Below are positions 46,540 through 56,583 of a stretch of 64,000 nucleotides of DNA, one piece after another (the first letter of the stretch is position 1; each line of letters begins with the position of its first letter). Below the pieces are notes generated by a model. It had not been told where the DNA came from, did not search any database, and saw only the letters and a program-made list of their open reading frames with translations. This DNA is from an uncultured Dehalococcoidia bacterium (lineage in GTDB: Bacteria > Chloroflexota > Dehalococcoidia > Lucifugimonadales > UBA3495), in contig CAYFGT010000002.1 in NCBI GenBank assembly GCA_964343075.1, positions 89,964 through 153,963 of the forward strand. Direction: 5' to 3'. Position numbers and translations under genes: made by a program.

Positions 46540-47793
46540 TTAGAGTAACTTACGTACTCTGTGGAATGTTATGGTGAAGTATATGCCAAGAAGTAATCCA
46601 ATCAATCCTAGGCAAGTAATGCCTGTACGAACTGAGGTTAGATCTATTAGTAGTCCTGCCAGGACGCAAGGGATTATGATGAATCCTTTAATATGGAATA
46701 ATAAAGTGCTTATTCTTAAGCGGTATTCGTCTGGCGCTAATGACTGGATTAATACACTGTTAGTGGTTCTAAAGGCGGATTGCCCAAAGGACATCACGGC
46801 TATTAGGAAAAATGCTAATGGAGCCCAAGTAGAATTAGCATAAAAGATCACGGCTATTGATCCCAATATCACAGCACCTAGTACTATGTATCCTTTCTTA
46901 ATGATGTATCCAAATGAAGAAAATAAAATAGTGGAGGTTAATCCGCCAAGTCCAGTTACAGCCCACAGGAATCCCGCGATTTGAGGTCCTTCTCCAAGTA
47001 CCTGAGCTACAAATAATGGAATTAGCAACCATACCGGATGTAAGAGCAATTCAGGAATCACAGATAGTGTTATCAAATTCAGCAGGGTTCGATCTTCTTT
47101 CCAAATATAGAGAATACCTTCTTTTAGGCTTTGTATCACTCCTGTGTTGCTTGATTTTTTTGTAGTCTCTCGATAAGGTAGCTTCAGCCGTATTAGTGCT
47201 ATCACGGTACCTAAATAAAGGCATGCTTCAATACCAAAATTCCAATGGAAACCTAAATTTGCTATTAAAATTCCACCAAAAAAAGGTCCTATCATTCGTG
47301 TTCCAGTTATTGTAAACACGTTTACTGCCATGGCATTTCCTATCATTTCTCTCGGGACAGTATTAGCAACGAGAGCATTTCTTAATGGTTGACATATGCA
47401 TAAACAACACCCAGAGATGATTACGTAAACGTACACATGCCATACTGCTACTAGTCCTGTTGTGTTTAGGTATGCAAATGAAAGAGCAACACAAGCCATG
47501 AATGTCTGGAGAATCATAATTAAATACTTTCGATTGAATTTATCTCCTAAGACTCCACCAATAGGACCTATTAAAACGCTAGGTAATAGATTTATAGCTC
47601 CGAGAGAGGCTACAAAGAGACCCGTAGTGCCAATGTCTTTGCTAAGCTCATACACGAGCCAGCCAGCTGTGAACAGTTGAAGCCATTGTGCTCCATTAGA
47701 AAACAAATTTCCAGTCCATAGGTACCTATAATTGGGAAACTGGCGCCAAGAATCTAAGGTTTGTAATCTAGGTAATCGCAAATTAATGTCCAC
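46540..47793 (-). CDS. MFS transporter (DHA3-like)
   Basis: FPNYRYLWTG, GGVLGDKFNRK, RMIGPFFGG. Confidence 0.85.
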   Translation of the reverse strand: MDINLRLPRLQTLDSWRQFPNYRYLWTGNLFSNGAQWLQLFTAGWLVYELSKDIGTTGLFVASLGAINLLPSVLIGPIGGVLGDKFNRKYLIMILQTFMACVALSFAYLNTTGLVAVWHVYVYVIISGCCLCICQPLRNALVANTVPREMIGNAMAVNVFTITGTRMIGPFFGGILIANLGFHWNFGIEACLYLGTVIALIRLKLPYRETTKKSSNTGVIQSLKEGILYIWKEDRTLLNLITLSVIPELLLHPVWLLIPLFVAQVLGEGPQIAGFLWAVTGLGGLTSTILFSSFGYIIKKGYIVLGAVILGSIAVIFYANSTWAPLAFFLIAVMSFGQSAFRTTNSVLIQSLAPDEYRLRISTLLFHIKGFIIIPCVLAGLLIDLTSVRTGITCLGLIGLLLGIYFTITFHRVRKLL

Positions 47794-47865
47794 CTACTTT
47801 ATAACTAGGAAACTGTAAGACGGGATGATAACACAGGTATACGGTTATCAAACAAATAATGCTTA

Positions 47866-48438
47866 TTATGATTTTAAATAAGAAAGGTAATTAGTTAGTA
47901 TATCTTTACCGTTTGGAGTCATGATGGACTCAGGATGGAATTGGATCCCTTCACTCTGGTATTCTTTGTGCCTTAACCCCATTATTAATCCTTGATCTGT
48001 CCACGCGGTTATTTCTAAACAGTCAGGTAATGTGACTTCATCAACAATTAGAGAATGGTATCGAATTGCTTCAAATGGATTAGGTAGACCTTGGAAAACT
48101 CCTTCATTGTTATGATTTATCATTGAAGTTTTTCCATGGCGTATTTCATCTGCTTTGATAATAGTCCCTCCAAATGATTCACCTAAACATTGATGTCCTA
48201 AACATACTCCTAAGACTGGTAACTTAGGTGCGAAATATTGGATAGTTGCATTTGAAATACCAGCTTCGGTAGGACTACACGGGCCAGGGGAGATTATTAA
48301 CCCCTCTGGCTGGAGATTTTCGATCTCTTCAATGGTTGTTTGATCGTTACGCAAAGTTACAACATCTACTCCCAATTCACCAAAATATTGGTGGAGGTTG
48401 TAGGTGAATGAATCGTAGTTATCTATCATTACTAACAT
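47866..48438 (-). CDS. trpG: Anthranilate synthase component II / glutamine amidotransferase (TrpG/PabA)
   Basis: [37 protein letters not shown]. Confidence 0.9.
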   Translation of the reverse strand: MLVMIDNYDSFTYNLHQYFGELGVDVVTLRNDQTTIEEIENLQPEGLIISPGPCSPTEAGISNATIQYFAPKLPVLGVCLGHQCLGESFGGTIIKADEIRHGKTSMINHNNEGVFQGLPNPFEAIRYHSLIVDEVTLPDCLEITAWTDQGLIMGLRHKEYQSEGIQFHPESIMTPNGKDILTNYLSYLKS

Positions 48439-48558
48439 ATGTTAACCCTGAATGAATTTGTAATATTATATCAATTCGATAACCCTTTTGTAGTGGACGC
48501 GTGGATAATAACCTGAATTTCTATTGATTAAACCTTTTGATTACTGCAAACTATTACG

Positions 48559-49218
48559 ATGATTAAAATACTTCGCATCATACGTAATAAAATGTTTAGA
48601 CTCGATTCAAGAAAGAATCCGATACCGATGAGTACAAAGGTGATCGACAGAATACGTATGTTTGACCATTTATTGCAATTAATGCCTGAAAATGATGGTG
48701 TCATCGTTGAATGTGGAGTAGGTCACGGCCGATCCTTACTCGTTATTACTACATTATCTGTAGCATACAGAGATCGACAAATCTATGCTTTTGATAGTTT
48801 TGAAGGCTTTCCGGAGGTGTCCGAGGACGATTCTATTCATAACCCACAGGCAAAGAAAGGCCACTATAAATCACAATTACAAGACGTAAAACAATTCTTG
48901 ATGAATAGCCGAATGTCAGCTGACAAAGTAAATGATATTATTTTTGTTAAAGGTTTTTTTGATGATACTTTGCGCGATTTTGACCGGCCAATTTCATTCT
49001 TACATATCGATGCAGACTTAAGTATGAGTTATAAAACTGTATTAACTCGATTGTTTGACAAAGTATCATCTGGTGGAATCATTTTGTTTGATGAATATAA
49101 TGAAGCTAAATGGGCTAACGTCACAAGAATTGTTGATGAGTTTATGGCTGATAAAGATGTTACGTGGGGAGAGTATCGGACAAATGAAAACGAAAAATAT
49201 TATGTTATCAAGCGGTAG
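48559..49218 (+). CDS. TylF/MycF-family O-methyltransferase
   Basis: VECGVGHG, FDSFEGFP, VKGFF.DTL, LHIDAD, GGII.FDEY. Confidence 0.85.
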   Translation: MIKILRIIRNKMFRLDSRKNPIPMSTKVIDRIRMFDHLLQLMPENDGVIVECGVGHGRSLLVITTLSVAYRDRQIYAFDSFEGFPEVSEDDSIHNPQAKKGHYKSQLQDVKQFLMNSRMSADKVNDIIFVKGFFDDTLRDFDRPISFLHIDADLSMSYKTVLTRLFDKVSSGGIILFDEYNEAKWANVTRIVDEFMADKDVTWGEYRTNENEKYYVIKR

Positions 49219-49238
49219 CCGTTTGATTTGAATCAAAG

Positions 49239-50480
49239 GTGCATAACAATTTGAGAAAAAGTATAGTAGAAGGCTTTCAGAATGTAGTAATTCTGATGAG
49301 CACTAAAGATTTTAGAGTTTTATGGTTTGCTGGAGGCATATATCACATAACTAGATGGATGGATCCTGTGGTGATGGGGCTAGTGATGTGGGAATTGACA
49401 GGATCTGCATCTCAAGTTGCTATATTGCTTGCCCTTAAATGGTCTCCAATGTTGATATTTGCTTCTATTGCTGGCTATTTATCTATGGCATTCAACAGAA
49501 AAATATTGATGTTGATTACTCAGGGCGGAACAGTGACCATATTGGCAATTTTTGCCATTTTGGCTTTATATGAATTAATTTTGCCTTGGCATTTAAAGGT
49601 AGGCGCGTTCGGACTTGGCGTCTTTTACGTACTGGACTTTCCTGCCAAAAGGACAGCAATACATGATGTGTCACGATCCAACCGTCTCTCAAATGCTATG
49701 TTTCTAGATATAATTAATCATGCATTAGGTAAAGGCGTTGGTCCATTTTTAGCAGGACTCACTATACAATTCTTAGGCCCTGTGGGTGCTTTTTCATTAT
49801 TGTTAATATTGGCCAGCACGTCATTTAGTATTTTAACGTTATATGGGTATAAGCAGGAAAAAATTGTTGTGTCATTTAAACAAATCGGTCCTACGTTAGT
49901 GAACGGTTTTGTCTCTGCTTTTTCAAATAAAATTGTGTTTGGTGCGTTATTGGCAAGTATGGTTTTCAATTGGTTTGTATTCAGTTGCGAGGCACTTCTT
50001 CCTGTAGTAGCAGTAGATGATTTACAGGTCAATGCTTTTTGGGCAGGGATATTGGTCTCAGCGTTTGGGACTGGATGCTTGTTTGGTGGATTATCGATGT
50101 CGTTTATAGGGAATATAGAATTAAAAGGTCGGGTGTTAGTTGGTGGATTTGTTATTCAAATGATTGGGTTTATTGTATTCGGCTGGGCTAATATTTATTT
50201 AGTATGCTATGCATTCTTATTTATGGCTGGATTTGGGAATGCGTTGTTAAGTGCTATGTCAACACCAGTTGTTATGCTAAACGTTGAAGAAAAAGACCGT
50301 TCGATGACATTGGGAGTTGTAGCACAATGCGTCGGTGCTGCAGCATTAGGAGGATTTACTACTAGTAGATTGGCCGAAATGTTTGGTGCGGGCAATACGA
50401 TGATTATAAATCAAGGTTTGGGATTTACATTATTGGCAATCATTTTATTATTTACGCCTCTACTCACCAATCGTACTTAA
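49239..50480 (+). CDS. MFS transporter (DHA3-like)
   Basis: DFRVLW, FNRKIL, DFPAKR, VGPFLAG; about 12 TM. Confidence 0.8.
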   Translation: MHNNLRKSIVEGFQNVVILMSTKDFRVLWFAGGIYHITRWMDPVVMGLVMWELTGSASQVAILLALKWSPMLIFASIAGYLSMAFNRKILMLITQGGTVTILAIFAILALYELILPWHLKVGAFGLGVFYVLDFPAKRTAIHDVSRSNRLSNAMFLDIINHALGKGVGPFLAGLTIQFLGPVGAFSLLLILASTSFSILTLYGYKQEKIVVSFKQIGPTLVNGFVSAFSNKIVFGALLASMVFNWFVFSCEALLPVVAVDDLQVNAFWAGILVSAFGTGCLFGGLSMSFIGNIELKGRVLVGGFVIQMIGFIVFGWANIYLVCYAFLFMAGFGNALLSAMSTPVVMLNVEEKDRSMTLGVVAQCVGAAALGGFTTSRLAEMFGAGNTMIINQGLGFTLLAIILLFTPLLTNRT

Positions 50481-50499
50481 TAGGTTCAGTGACATACAA

Positions 50500-50787
50500 T
50501 TAGGATTGATAGAAAATGTTGAGTTCAGGTGTACTTGGCCAGTTTAATCCCTCACCGGCGTTTGAGCGGTAGTCTTCCCAAAACACCCAACTATCAGGTC
50601 GGCTGTCACAATCTTCATAATAACAACATTTATAAAATGAGTTATCGTATTCAGTAATCCCAAGCTGCGATTCTAGTTCTAGGACGAGGTCACTTACTTT
50701 TTGGAAAGTATTCAGGTTGATTATGAGGCCATCAAGGCTTATGTGAAACGCACGCTCACAGTTTGTGCAAAATATCCATATCCTCAT
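50500..50787 (-). CDS. Small Cys-rich hypothetical protein, putative Zn-binding
   Basis: CTNC and CC..EDC; 6 nt after the VOC gene. Confidence 0.55.
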   Translation of the reverse strand: MRIWIFCTNCERAFHISLDGLIINLNTFQKVSDLVLELESQLGITEYDNSFYKCCYYEDCDSRPDSWVFWEDYRSNAGEGLNWPSTPELNIFYQS

Positions 50788-50793
50788 ATATAT

Positions 50794-51240
50794 TTAAAAC
50801 AATTCTACTAGTTCGATCCAGTTGCCATCTGGGTCTTGTGCATATAACGCTTTTCTTAATAATTTCTCATCCGCGTCGTAAAGAGGCGCTGGTGGATTAA
50901 CAGCGGTCAAACCATTCTGAATAGCTTTTGCATAAAATGTATCTATATCTTCTACAAGGAAAGCTAGATGTGCAGCTCCTACATCGTTTTTCTCGAATTT
51001 AGCCTTAGATCCTAGAGGTGTCAGGTATTGTATCAATTCTAATTGGTGTCCATCTCCGAGGTCTAGGAAAGCATTTTGTAAGTGCACATCCTTATATCCA
51101 ACTAATGTTTCCGCAAACAGACCAGTACGTTCCGCCCTACCAGCAAGCTTAAGTCCGAAGACTGAAGTGTAGAATTCGATACTAGTTTCTAGATTTTTCA
51201 CTATAAATCCAGTGTGAAAGAATGATTTGAGCATGGTCAC
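50794..51240 (-). CDS. VOC/glyoxalase-family protein
   Basis: HTGFIV.NLE.SIEFY, LELIQY, HLAFLVEDID, DPDGNWIEL. Confidence 0.9.
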   Translation of the reverse strand: MTMLKSFFHTGFIVKNLETSIEFYTSVFGLKLAGRAERTGLFAETLVGYKDVHLQNAFLDLGDGHQLELIQYLTPLGSKAKFEKNDVGAAHLAFLVEDIDTFYAKAIQNGLTAVNPPAPLYDADEKLLRKALYAQDPDGNWIELVELF

Positions 51241-52703
51241 CTCCGATTTGAAGGGAATTGAGATTCTGCATTGTCTATTGCTTTTAATAAGGCACCTGAT
51301 TTGTAATACGTCTCTAGATATTCATCTTCGTCTGTACTATCGGCTACGATACCTCCCCCAGCTTGTATGTAAGCTACCCCGTCTTTAATTACACTCGTCC
51401 TAAGAGTGATACAAGTGTCAATGTTTCCAGAGTATGAGAAATATCCGACCGCTCCTGCATAGGGTCCTCGTTTTTGCTGTTCGAGTTCTGATATGATTTC
51501 CATTGCTCTTATTTTAGGTGCTCCTGAAAGGGTGCCAGCTGGGAAGCATGATCTCAGAGCATCAAACGGGTTTAGATTATTTTTAAGTACTCCTTTGATA
51601 TGAGAAACCAAGTGCATAACATGGGAGTATTTTTCTATACTCATGAGATCAGTCACCTGCACAGTACCAATCTCACTTACCTTTCCGACATCATTCCGTC
51701 CCAAGTCAACTAACATTATATGTTCTGAGGTTTGTTTTTCACTGGTTCTTAGTTCCTCTGCTAATTGATTGTCTTCTTCTTCTGTGGCTCCTCTGGGACG
51801 CGTACCTGCTATGGGATGATAATCTATGAGCCCGTTTTCAACTTTGACTAGCGTCTCAATGGATGCACCAACAATATGGAAATCGGATAAATGAAGATGA
51901 TACATGTAAGGGGATGGATTCAGAGCACGTAATGATCTATAGATATCGAATGGGTGGGCTTCAGTTTTGCGTTCAAATCGCTGCGATAATACTATTTGTA
52001 TAGCGTCGCCTTGGTTGATGTAGTCTATACATTTGTTGACAGCGTCGTAGAATTCTTGTTTGCTGAAATTAGATTTTACGTCAGCGTTTGGAACGGGTGT
52101 TTGAAAGCTTGATGAGTAAGATTGGGACGGTAAAGGTACGTTAAGTTTATTGACAACATATTCTATTTGCTCCACTGCATGGGAATAGGACTGGTCGATA
52201 TCGTCATCAAGATTGACGTGGCTAACGATTTTAATGTCATGTCTTAAATGGTCGAATATTAATAAAGTATCAGTAAACATAACTACAGAATCGGGTAGAT
52301 TGATATCATCTTTGTCGAGCATGGGCACTCTAGGCTCAAAGTAATGGACATTGTCGTAGGATAAAAAACCTACGCCTCCTCCGTTGAAACCAGGTAGTCC
52401 ATCAACAGAGACCCCTTGGAACTGATTAAGCTCTTTTTGAATGAGGATTAATGGGTCTACAGCGCCTTGAGGTTGGCTCTTACCAGTTTTGATGACTTTG
52501 TATGGCTTAGTGCCTATAAAACTATATCTGCTTAATTGTTCTCCTCCTGATACGCTCTCTAGAAGGAATGAATAATCTCCTTCAGCAACTTTCAGGTAAG
52601 CGGAAACAGGGGTTTCTAAATCTGCATTGATGGTTCTGTAAACAGGAACAAGGTTCCCTTTATTTTTATAAGATTCGATATCTTCTAATTTTGGATAATA
52701 CAT
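51237..52703 (-). CDS. trpE: Anthranilate synthase component I
   Basis: FLLES and NPSPYM (Trp feedback elements), PIAGTRPRG, EHIMLVDLGRND, FPAGTLSGAPK. Confidence 0.93.
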   Translation of the reverse strand: MYYPKLEDIESYKNKGNLVPVYRTINADLETPVSAYLKVAEGDYSFLLESVSGGEQLSRYSFIGTKPYKVIKTGKSQPQGAVDPLILIQKELNQFQGVSVDGLPGFNGGGVGFLSYDNVHYFEPRVPMLDKDDINLPDSVVMFTDTLLIFDHLRHDIKIVSHVNLDDDIDQSYSHAVEQIEYVVNKLNVPLPSQSYSSSFQTPVPNADVKSNFSKQEFYDAVNKCIDYINQGDAIQIVLSQRFERKTEAHPFDIYRSLRALNPSPYMYHLHLSDFHIVGASIETLVKVENGLIDYHPIAGTRPRGATEEEDNQLAEELRTSEKQTSEHIMLVDLGRNDVGKVSEIGTVQVTDLMSIEKYSHVMHLVSHIKGVLKNNLNPFDALRSCFPAGTLSGAPKIRAMEIISELEQQKRGPYAGAVGYFSYSGNIDTCITLRTSVIKDGVAYIQAGGGIVADSTDEDEYLETYYKSGALLKAIDNAESQFPSNRR

Positions 52704-52782
52704 GCTTTCTGTTGCCTTTGAAATTTAAGTGCTTACCAAGTGAATATATTGTAACAGGATACCCACGAGCTTTTTTTAAGTA

Positions 52783-53751
52783 TTAGACAGTCAGTATAAC
52801 TTTACCCGTGGTTTGCCTGCCTTCTAATTGGCGGTGAGCTTCAGCAGCTTCTGCTAAAGATAATTTGAGGCCAATTCTGATCTTCAAACTCTCTTCTTGT
52901 ACCCAAGTAAGGACCGTACTTGCTCGGTTCAGTAATTCTTCACGGGAAGCGGTGTAGTCTCCCAGCATCGGTCTGGTAAGGAAAATTGATTTTCCGCGGA
53001 GTAAATTGGTGTCAAAAGGTGGGACTGGAGCACTAGCTGTGCCGTAAAGGACCATATATCCTCGAGGTTTTAGAATGTTAAGCCCTTTTTGGAAAGTAGT
53101 ATCTCCCACGGCATCATATACTATCTCTATTCCTTTTTCGTTAGTCTGGTCAAGAATAATTTTTTCAAAATCGTCTGTAGTGTATTGGATCAGGCAATCA
53201 GCGCCTGCTTCTTTCGCCAATTTAGCTTTTGCTTCCGTTGATATGGTAGTGTACACGTAGACTTCGAGCATTTTAAGCATTTGTATTAACAATAGCCCAA
53301 CTCCACCAGCCCCAGCATGGACAAGCGCTGTGTCCCCTTTTTGGAGGTTAGTGATATCGTTGGCTAAGAAATGAGCGGTCATCGCTTGCAATAGAATAGC
53401 AGAAGCAGTTTCAAAAGACATGTCATCAGGAATCGGTACTGTGAGCCATGCTGGTACAGCCGCGTATTCAGCATATGAGCCTGTTGCCATTGCATATGCC
53501 ACCCGATCACCTACTTGGATATCTGATACATTTTTACCCACTTCTACTACTATGCCTGCTGCCTCTCTACCTGGGATCCAAGGGAACTGGTCTGGGATGT
53601 TAGTCCCACGTCTGCTAGCCACATCAGTGTAGTTAACTCCGATAGATTTAATTTCAACGAGTATTTCCCCATTTTTAAGTTTAGGTGTAGGAATGTCTTC
53701 CAATTGCATGACGTCTGGTCCGCCTGTTTGATGAATAGTGATAGCTTTCAT
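52783..53751 (-). CDS. qor: NADPH:quinone oxidoreductase (zeta-crystallin/Qor)
   Basis: GGPDVM, IGVNYTD, PGREAAG, HAGAGGVG, VYDAVG, TTGKVIL. Confidence 0.85.
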   Translation of the reverse strand: MKAITIHQTGGPDVMQLEDIPTPKLKNGEILVEIKSIGVNYTDVASRRGTNIPDQFPWIPGREAAGIVVEVGKNVSDIQVGDRVAYAMATGSYAEYAAVPAWLTVPIPDDMSFETASAILLQAMTAHFLANDITNLQKGDTALVHAGAGGVGLLLIQMLKMLEVYVYTTISTEAKAKLAKEAGADCLIQYTTDDFEKIILDQTNEKGIEIVYDAVGDTTFQKGLNILKPRGYMVLYGTASAPVPPFDTNLLRGKSIFLTRPMLGDYTASREELLNRASTVLTWVQEESLKIRIGLKLSLAEAAEAHRQLEGRQTTGKVILTV

Positions 53752-53757
53752 TTGATG

Positions 53758-55149
53758 TTATCCTCCTAGTATGGATACAAGTCCAGTGATATCGTGAATA
53801 TTTTCTAGGTTTCCAATCTGGTATATTGCCCCTTCAATGTGATCTGGAGGTAATATATACCGTGAGCAGTACAGGAATTTAGCTTCTAGCTCAGTGATAT
53901 CCAGCGGAACTTCAGCAGTACCTTGAGCAAATTCTACAGTGGTTTTGAGGTTTTGTCCGCTGATTAGGGTTATAGATACTTGTGTAGACCTAGGAGTTAC
54001 GGAACTCAAGCCTGTGTTTTCTGAGACCGTGATTTTGTTCATGCAATCCTTGATTGCATTGTCGTGGAAATTATCAGGACTGAATTGCTCGATCAAAGGT
54101 TGCCCATAAATTAGAGTTGAGGCTGCAATGAATGGTAAACTTTTTCGGAGTTCAAATTCAGTCTTAGGTGTGTCGCAATTTAATTCTTTGATAGTCCGAC
54201 TAGGAACTTTGATTTCAACGGAGTTTATATCTTGATAATTGAAGTCATACACTTGCAGCAGTTGTAATATGCATTCAATACATTCGTGAGAGCTCGAAGG
54301 ACAAGGATAGAGCTTTAAAGCTAAGCCTTTATTAGCTAAAGATGAATTTCTGCCAAGGTTACTCAATATGGTGTTATGAGTCGGTCCGTCGATGCCTAAT
54401 TTGCTTAGATATGCTTCTAGTTTGTTTGTTGTGAAATCGTCGATATTGAAATTTTTGGATAGTGTAAGAGCAGTCGTTATAGTAGTCATCGCGGTTTTGG
54501 CATTACAGAAGGAATCTATGTCAGTATGATCAGTGTTTGTGTCAGTATCTAGGCCCGCAACTAACATGCAAATGCCTTGAAGGAAATGAGAATCTGTAAG
54601 CTTTAATAACAGGCTAGCGGCAAGGAATCCGCCTAAACTGATACAGGTGTAAAAATTAGTTGCTGTATGCTCAAGAAGATTGCTGGTATATTCCAATCCC
54701 AATAGGTATGCTCGCAGCACTTCTTTGCCTGTATACCCATTGGCTTCTCCTAAAGCGGTGACTATTGGGAAGACCACAGCAGACAACGAATGATGAGAAT
54801 TAGGAATTTCTTCTGTGTAGTCAAGGATACTTATGATAGCGCTGTTACCAAATGCTGCATAAATGGGAGAGGTGCGGACTCCCATTCCGATTAATGTGCA
54901 TTTACCTATGCTGCCCATTTCCTGAACTAGATTAGATATAGAGATAGCTTGCTGTTGAGAAGCACCCGCTAATCCTGCTGCAGAAGCATTAAGCATCGAA
55001 TGTTTACCTAGAGTAATGCTTTCGGAAGACAAGTTTTCAAAAGGGAGGTTATCTTCTAGAAATGTTAGTCCTAAATGTTCCATGGAAACGCACTCGTTAT
55101 GAATTTGTTTACTTCTGTTGTTATAAAGAAAGTACTGATACTGATCCAA
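53758..55149 (-). CDS. MmgE/PrpD-family protein with degenerate motifs
   Basis: SAVVFP...ALGE...TGKE.L.AYLLG.E, LKLYPC, L..KF at the C-terminus; usual His motifs altered. Confidence 0.7.
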   Translation of the reverse strand: MDQYQYFLYNNRSKQIHNECVSMEHLGLTFLEDNLPFENLSSESITLGKHSMLNASAAGLAGASQQQAISISNLVQEMGSIGKCTLIGMGVRTSPIYAAFGNSAIISILDYTEEIPNSHHSLSAVVFPIVTALGEANGYTGKEVLRAYLLGLEYTSNLLEHTATNFYTCISLGGFLAASLLLKLTDSHFLQGICMLVAGLDTDTNTDHTDIDSFCNAKTAMTTITTALTLSKNFNIDDFTTNKLEAYLSKLGIDGPTHNTILSNLGRNSSLANKGLALKLYPCPSSSHECIECILQLLQVYDFNYQDINSVEIKVPSRTIKELNCDTPKTEFELRKSLPFIAASTLIYGQPLIEQFSPDNFHDNAIKDCMNKITVSENTGLSSVTPRSTQVSITLISGQNLKTTVEFAQGTAEVPLDITELEAKFLYCSRYILPPDHIEGAIYQIGNLENIHDITGLVSILGG

Positions 55150-55247
55150 TTATACAGCAGTCTAATGGAAGTTGAGGTTTACATTGAAACTAAGATGTGA
55201 TTTATTTGTACAAGTGATTATCAAATCAAATGGCATGAGGAGGCGAA

Positions 55248-56024
55248 ATGGCATACGACCATATTTTAGTAGATCAACAGGATAGAGTTGGAATTATCAC
55301 ATTAAATAGACCAGATGTGCTTAACGCGTTAAACCTTCAATTGGTTTCGGAAGTTGACCAAGCAGTCACTGACATGGAAATTGATGAGAGTATAGGAGCT
55401 ATTGTTGTTACAGGGGCAGGAGAAAGAGCATTTTCTGCAGGAGCAGACATTCATGAAAACAGAGAATTGACGCCTGAGCAACGAGATGCTGGTCAAGACA
55501 AAAGAGCTCAATACACATGGCATATGGCGACTTCTTCTAAGCCTATCATCGGAGCTATCAATGGTTTATGTTATGGGGGCGGTACCGTGATGGCGACATC
55601 GCTGGATTTTTTGGTAGGGTGCGAAAAATCAAGTTTTCGTTTCCTGGCGGTGAATTATGGCCAAATGAACGCTACTTGGACGTTACCCATGTTAGTGGGT
55701 ATAAACAAAGCCAAAGAACTACTATATAGTGGTCGTGAAGTATTTGCTGACGAGGCTTATCATTTGGGCCTCATAAATCATTTATTTGATTCGAACGAAT
55801 TGATTGATAAAACTATAGCTATAGCAAATGGAATAGCATCCAATCGAGCCCAAGGAGTGGCTAATATTAAGCAAATGGTTACAGAACATATAGGGGAGCC
55901 TTTAAGAGACCAATTCCAAGCTGAAATTGATGCTAGAAAAGGACGATTTAAAGGATTATCAGTTGAAGAAGGGTTTAGTGATTTCCTTGCCAGGAAGGGC
56001 AGAAAACCTAATGCAGCTAGTTAA
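55248..56024 (+). CDS. Enoyl-CoA hydratase/isomerase (crotonase) family
   Basis: ITLNRPDVLNAL, FSAGADI, AINGLCYGGG; GAGGAGG RBS. Confidence 0.9.
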   Translation: MAYDHILVDQQDRVGIITLNRPDVLNALNLQLVSEVDQAVTDMEIDESIGAIVVTGAGERAFSAGADIHENRELTPEQRDAGQDKRAQYTWHMATSSKPIIGAINGLCYGGGTVMATSLDFLVGCEKSSFRFLAVNYGQMNATWTLPMLVGINKAKELLYSGREVFADEAYHLGLINHLFDSNELIDKTIAIANGIASNRAQGVANIKQMVTEHIGEPLRDQFQAEIDARKGRFKGLSVEEGFSDFLARKGRKPNAAS

Positions 56025-56047
56025 AATTAATTAAGGATAAAGTAATT

Positions 56048-56560
56048 ATGAGTACACAAAAAGCAGAATTGAGTCCGGAATTGATAATCAATGAATTTAA
56101 GAATCAAGGAGTGACTCATATTGTATGGTTGCCAGACAGTGAGACTAACTTTCTGTATTTATTGATGGAGCAGGAACCTTCGTTGACTTTGGTTCCGGTG
56201 AGTAGAGAAGGTCATGCATTTTCAACTGCGGCTGGATTATCTACAGGAGGAGCAAAACCAGTGATATTAATCCAGAATACTGGATTATTAGAATCGGGAG
56301 ATTCACTAAGAGGTTGGTGTATGGGCATGAATATCCCTGTTGTATTGATGATTGGCTATAGGGGATACACGAGACACGGTAGAAATGCAGACACTGCAGC
56401 GACATACACCGAACCATTCTTAAATGCGTTTAATGTCAAATATTATTTGGTCGAAAGTAATGATGATGCAGAAAGAATAGCTTGGGCATTCGAAGATGCG
56501 GCAAAATTGAGAAATCCAGTGGCGGTATTGATTGGAGATGAATTCCACGGATTCAACTAA
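56048..56560 (+). CDS. ThDP-dependent decarboxylase alpha subunit (sulfopyruvate/phosphonopyruvate decarboxylase-like)
   Basis: LPDS, SREGHA..AAG, LIQNTG, P.VLMIGYRG. Confidence 0.8.
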   Translation: MSTQKAELSPELIINEFKNQGVTHIVWLPDSETNFLYLLMEQEPSLTLVPVSREGHAFSTAAGLSTGGAKPVILIQNTGLLESGDSLRGWCMGMNIPVVLMIGYRGYTRHGRNADTAATYTEPFLNAFNVKYYLVESNDDAERIAWAFEDAAKLRNPVAVLIGDEFHGFN

Positions 56561-56583
56561 ACTTTTAAATTGAGGAGAACCCC

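Noticed and set aside
52704-52782. trp attenuator or T-box upstream of trpE
   Set aside because: The 79-nt gap has no Trp-codon leader peptide and no terminator/antiterminator stems.
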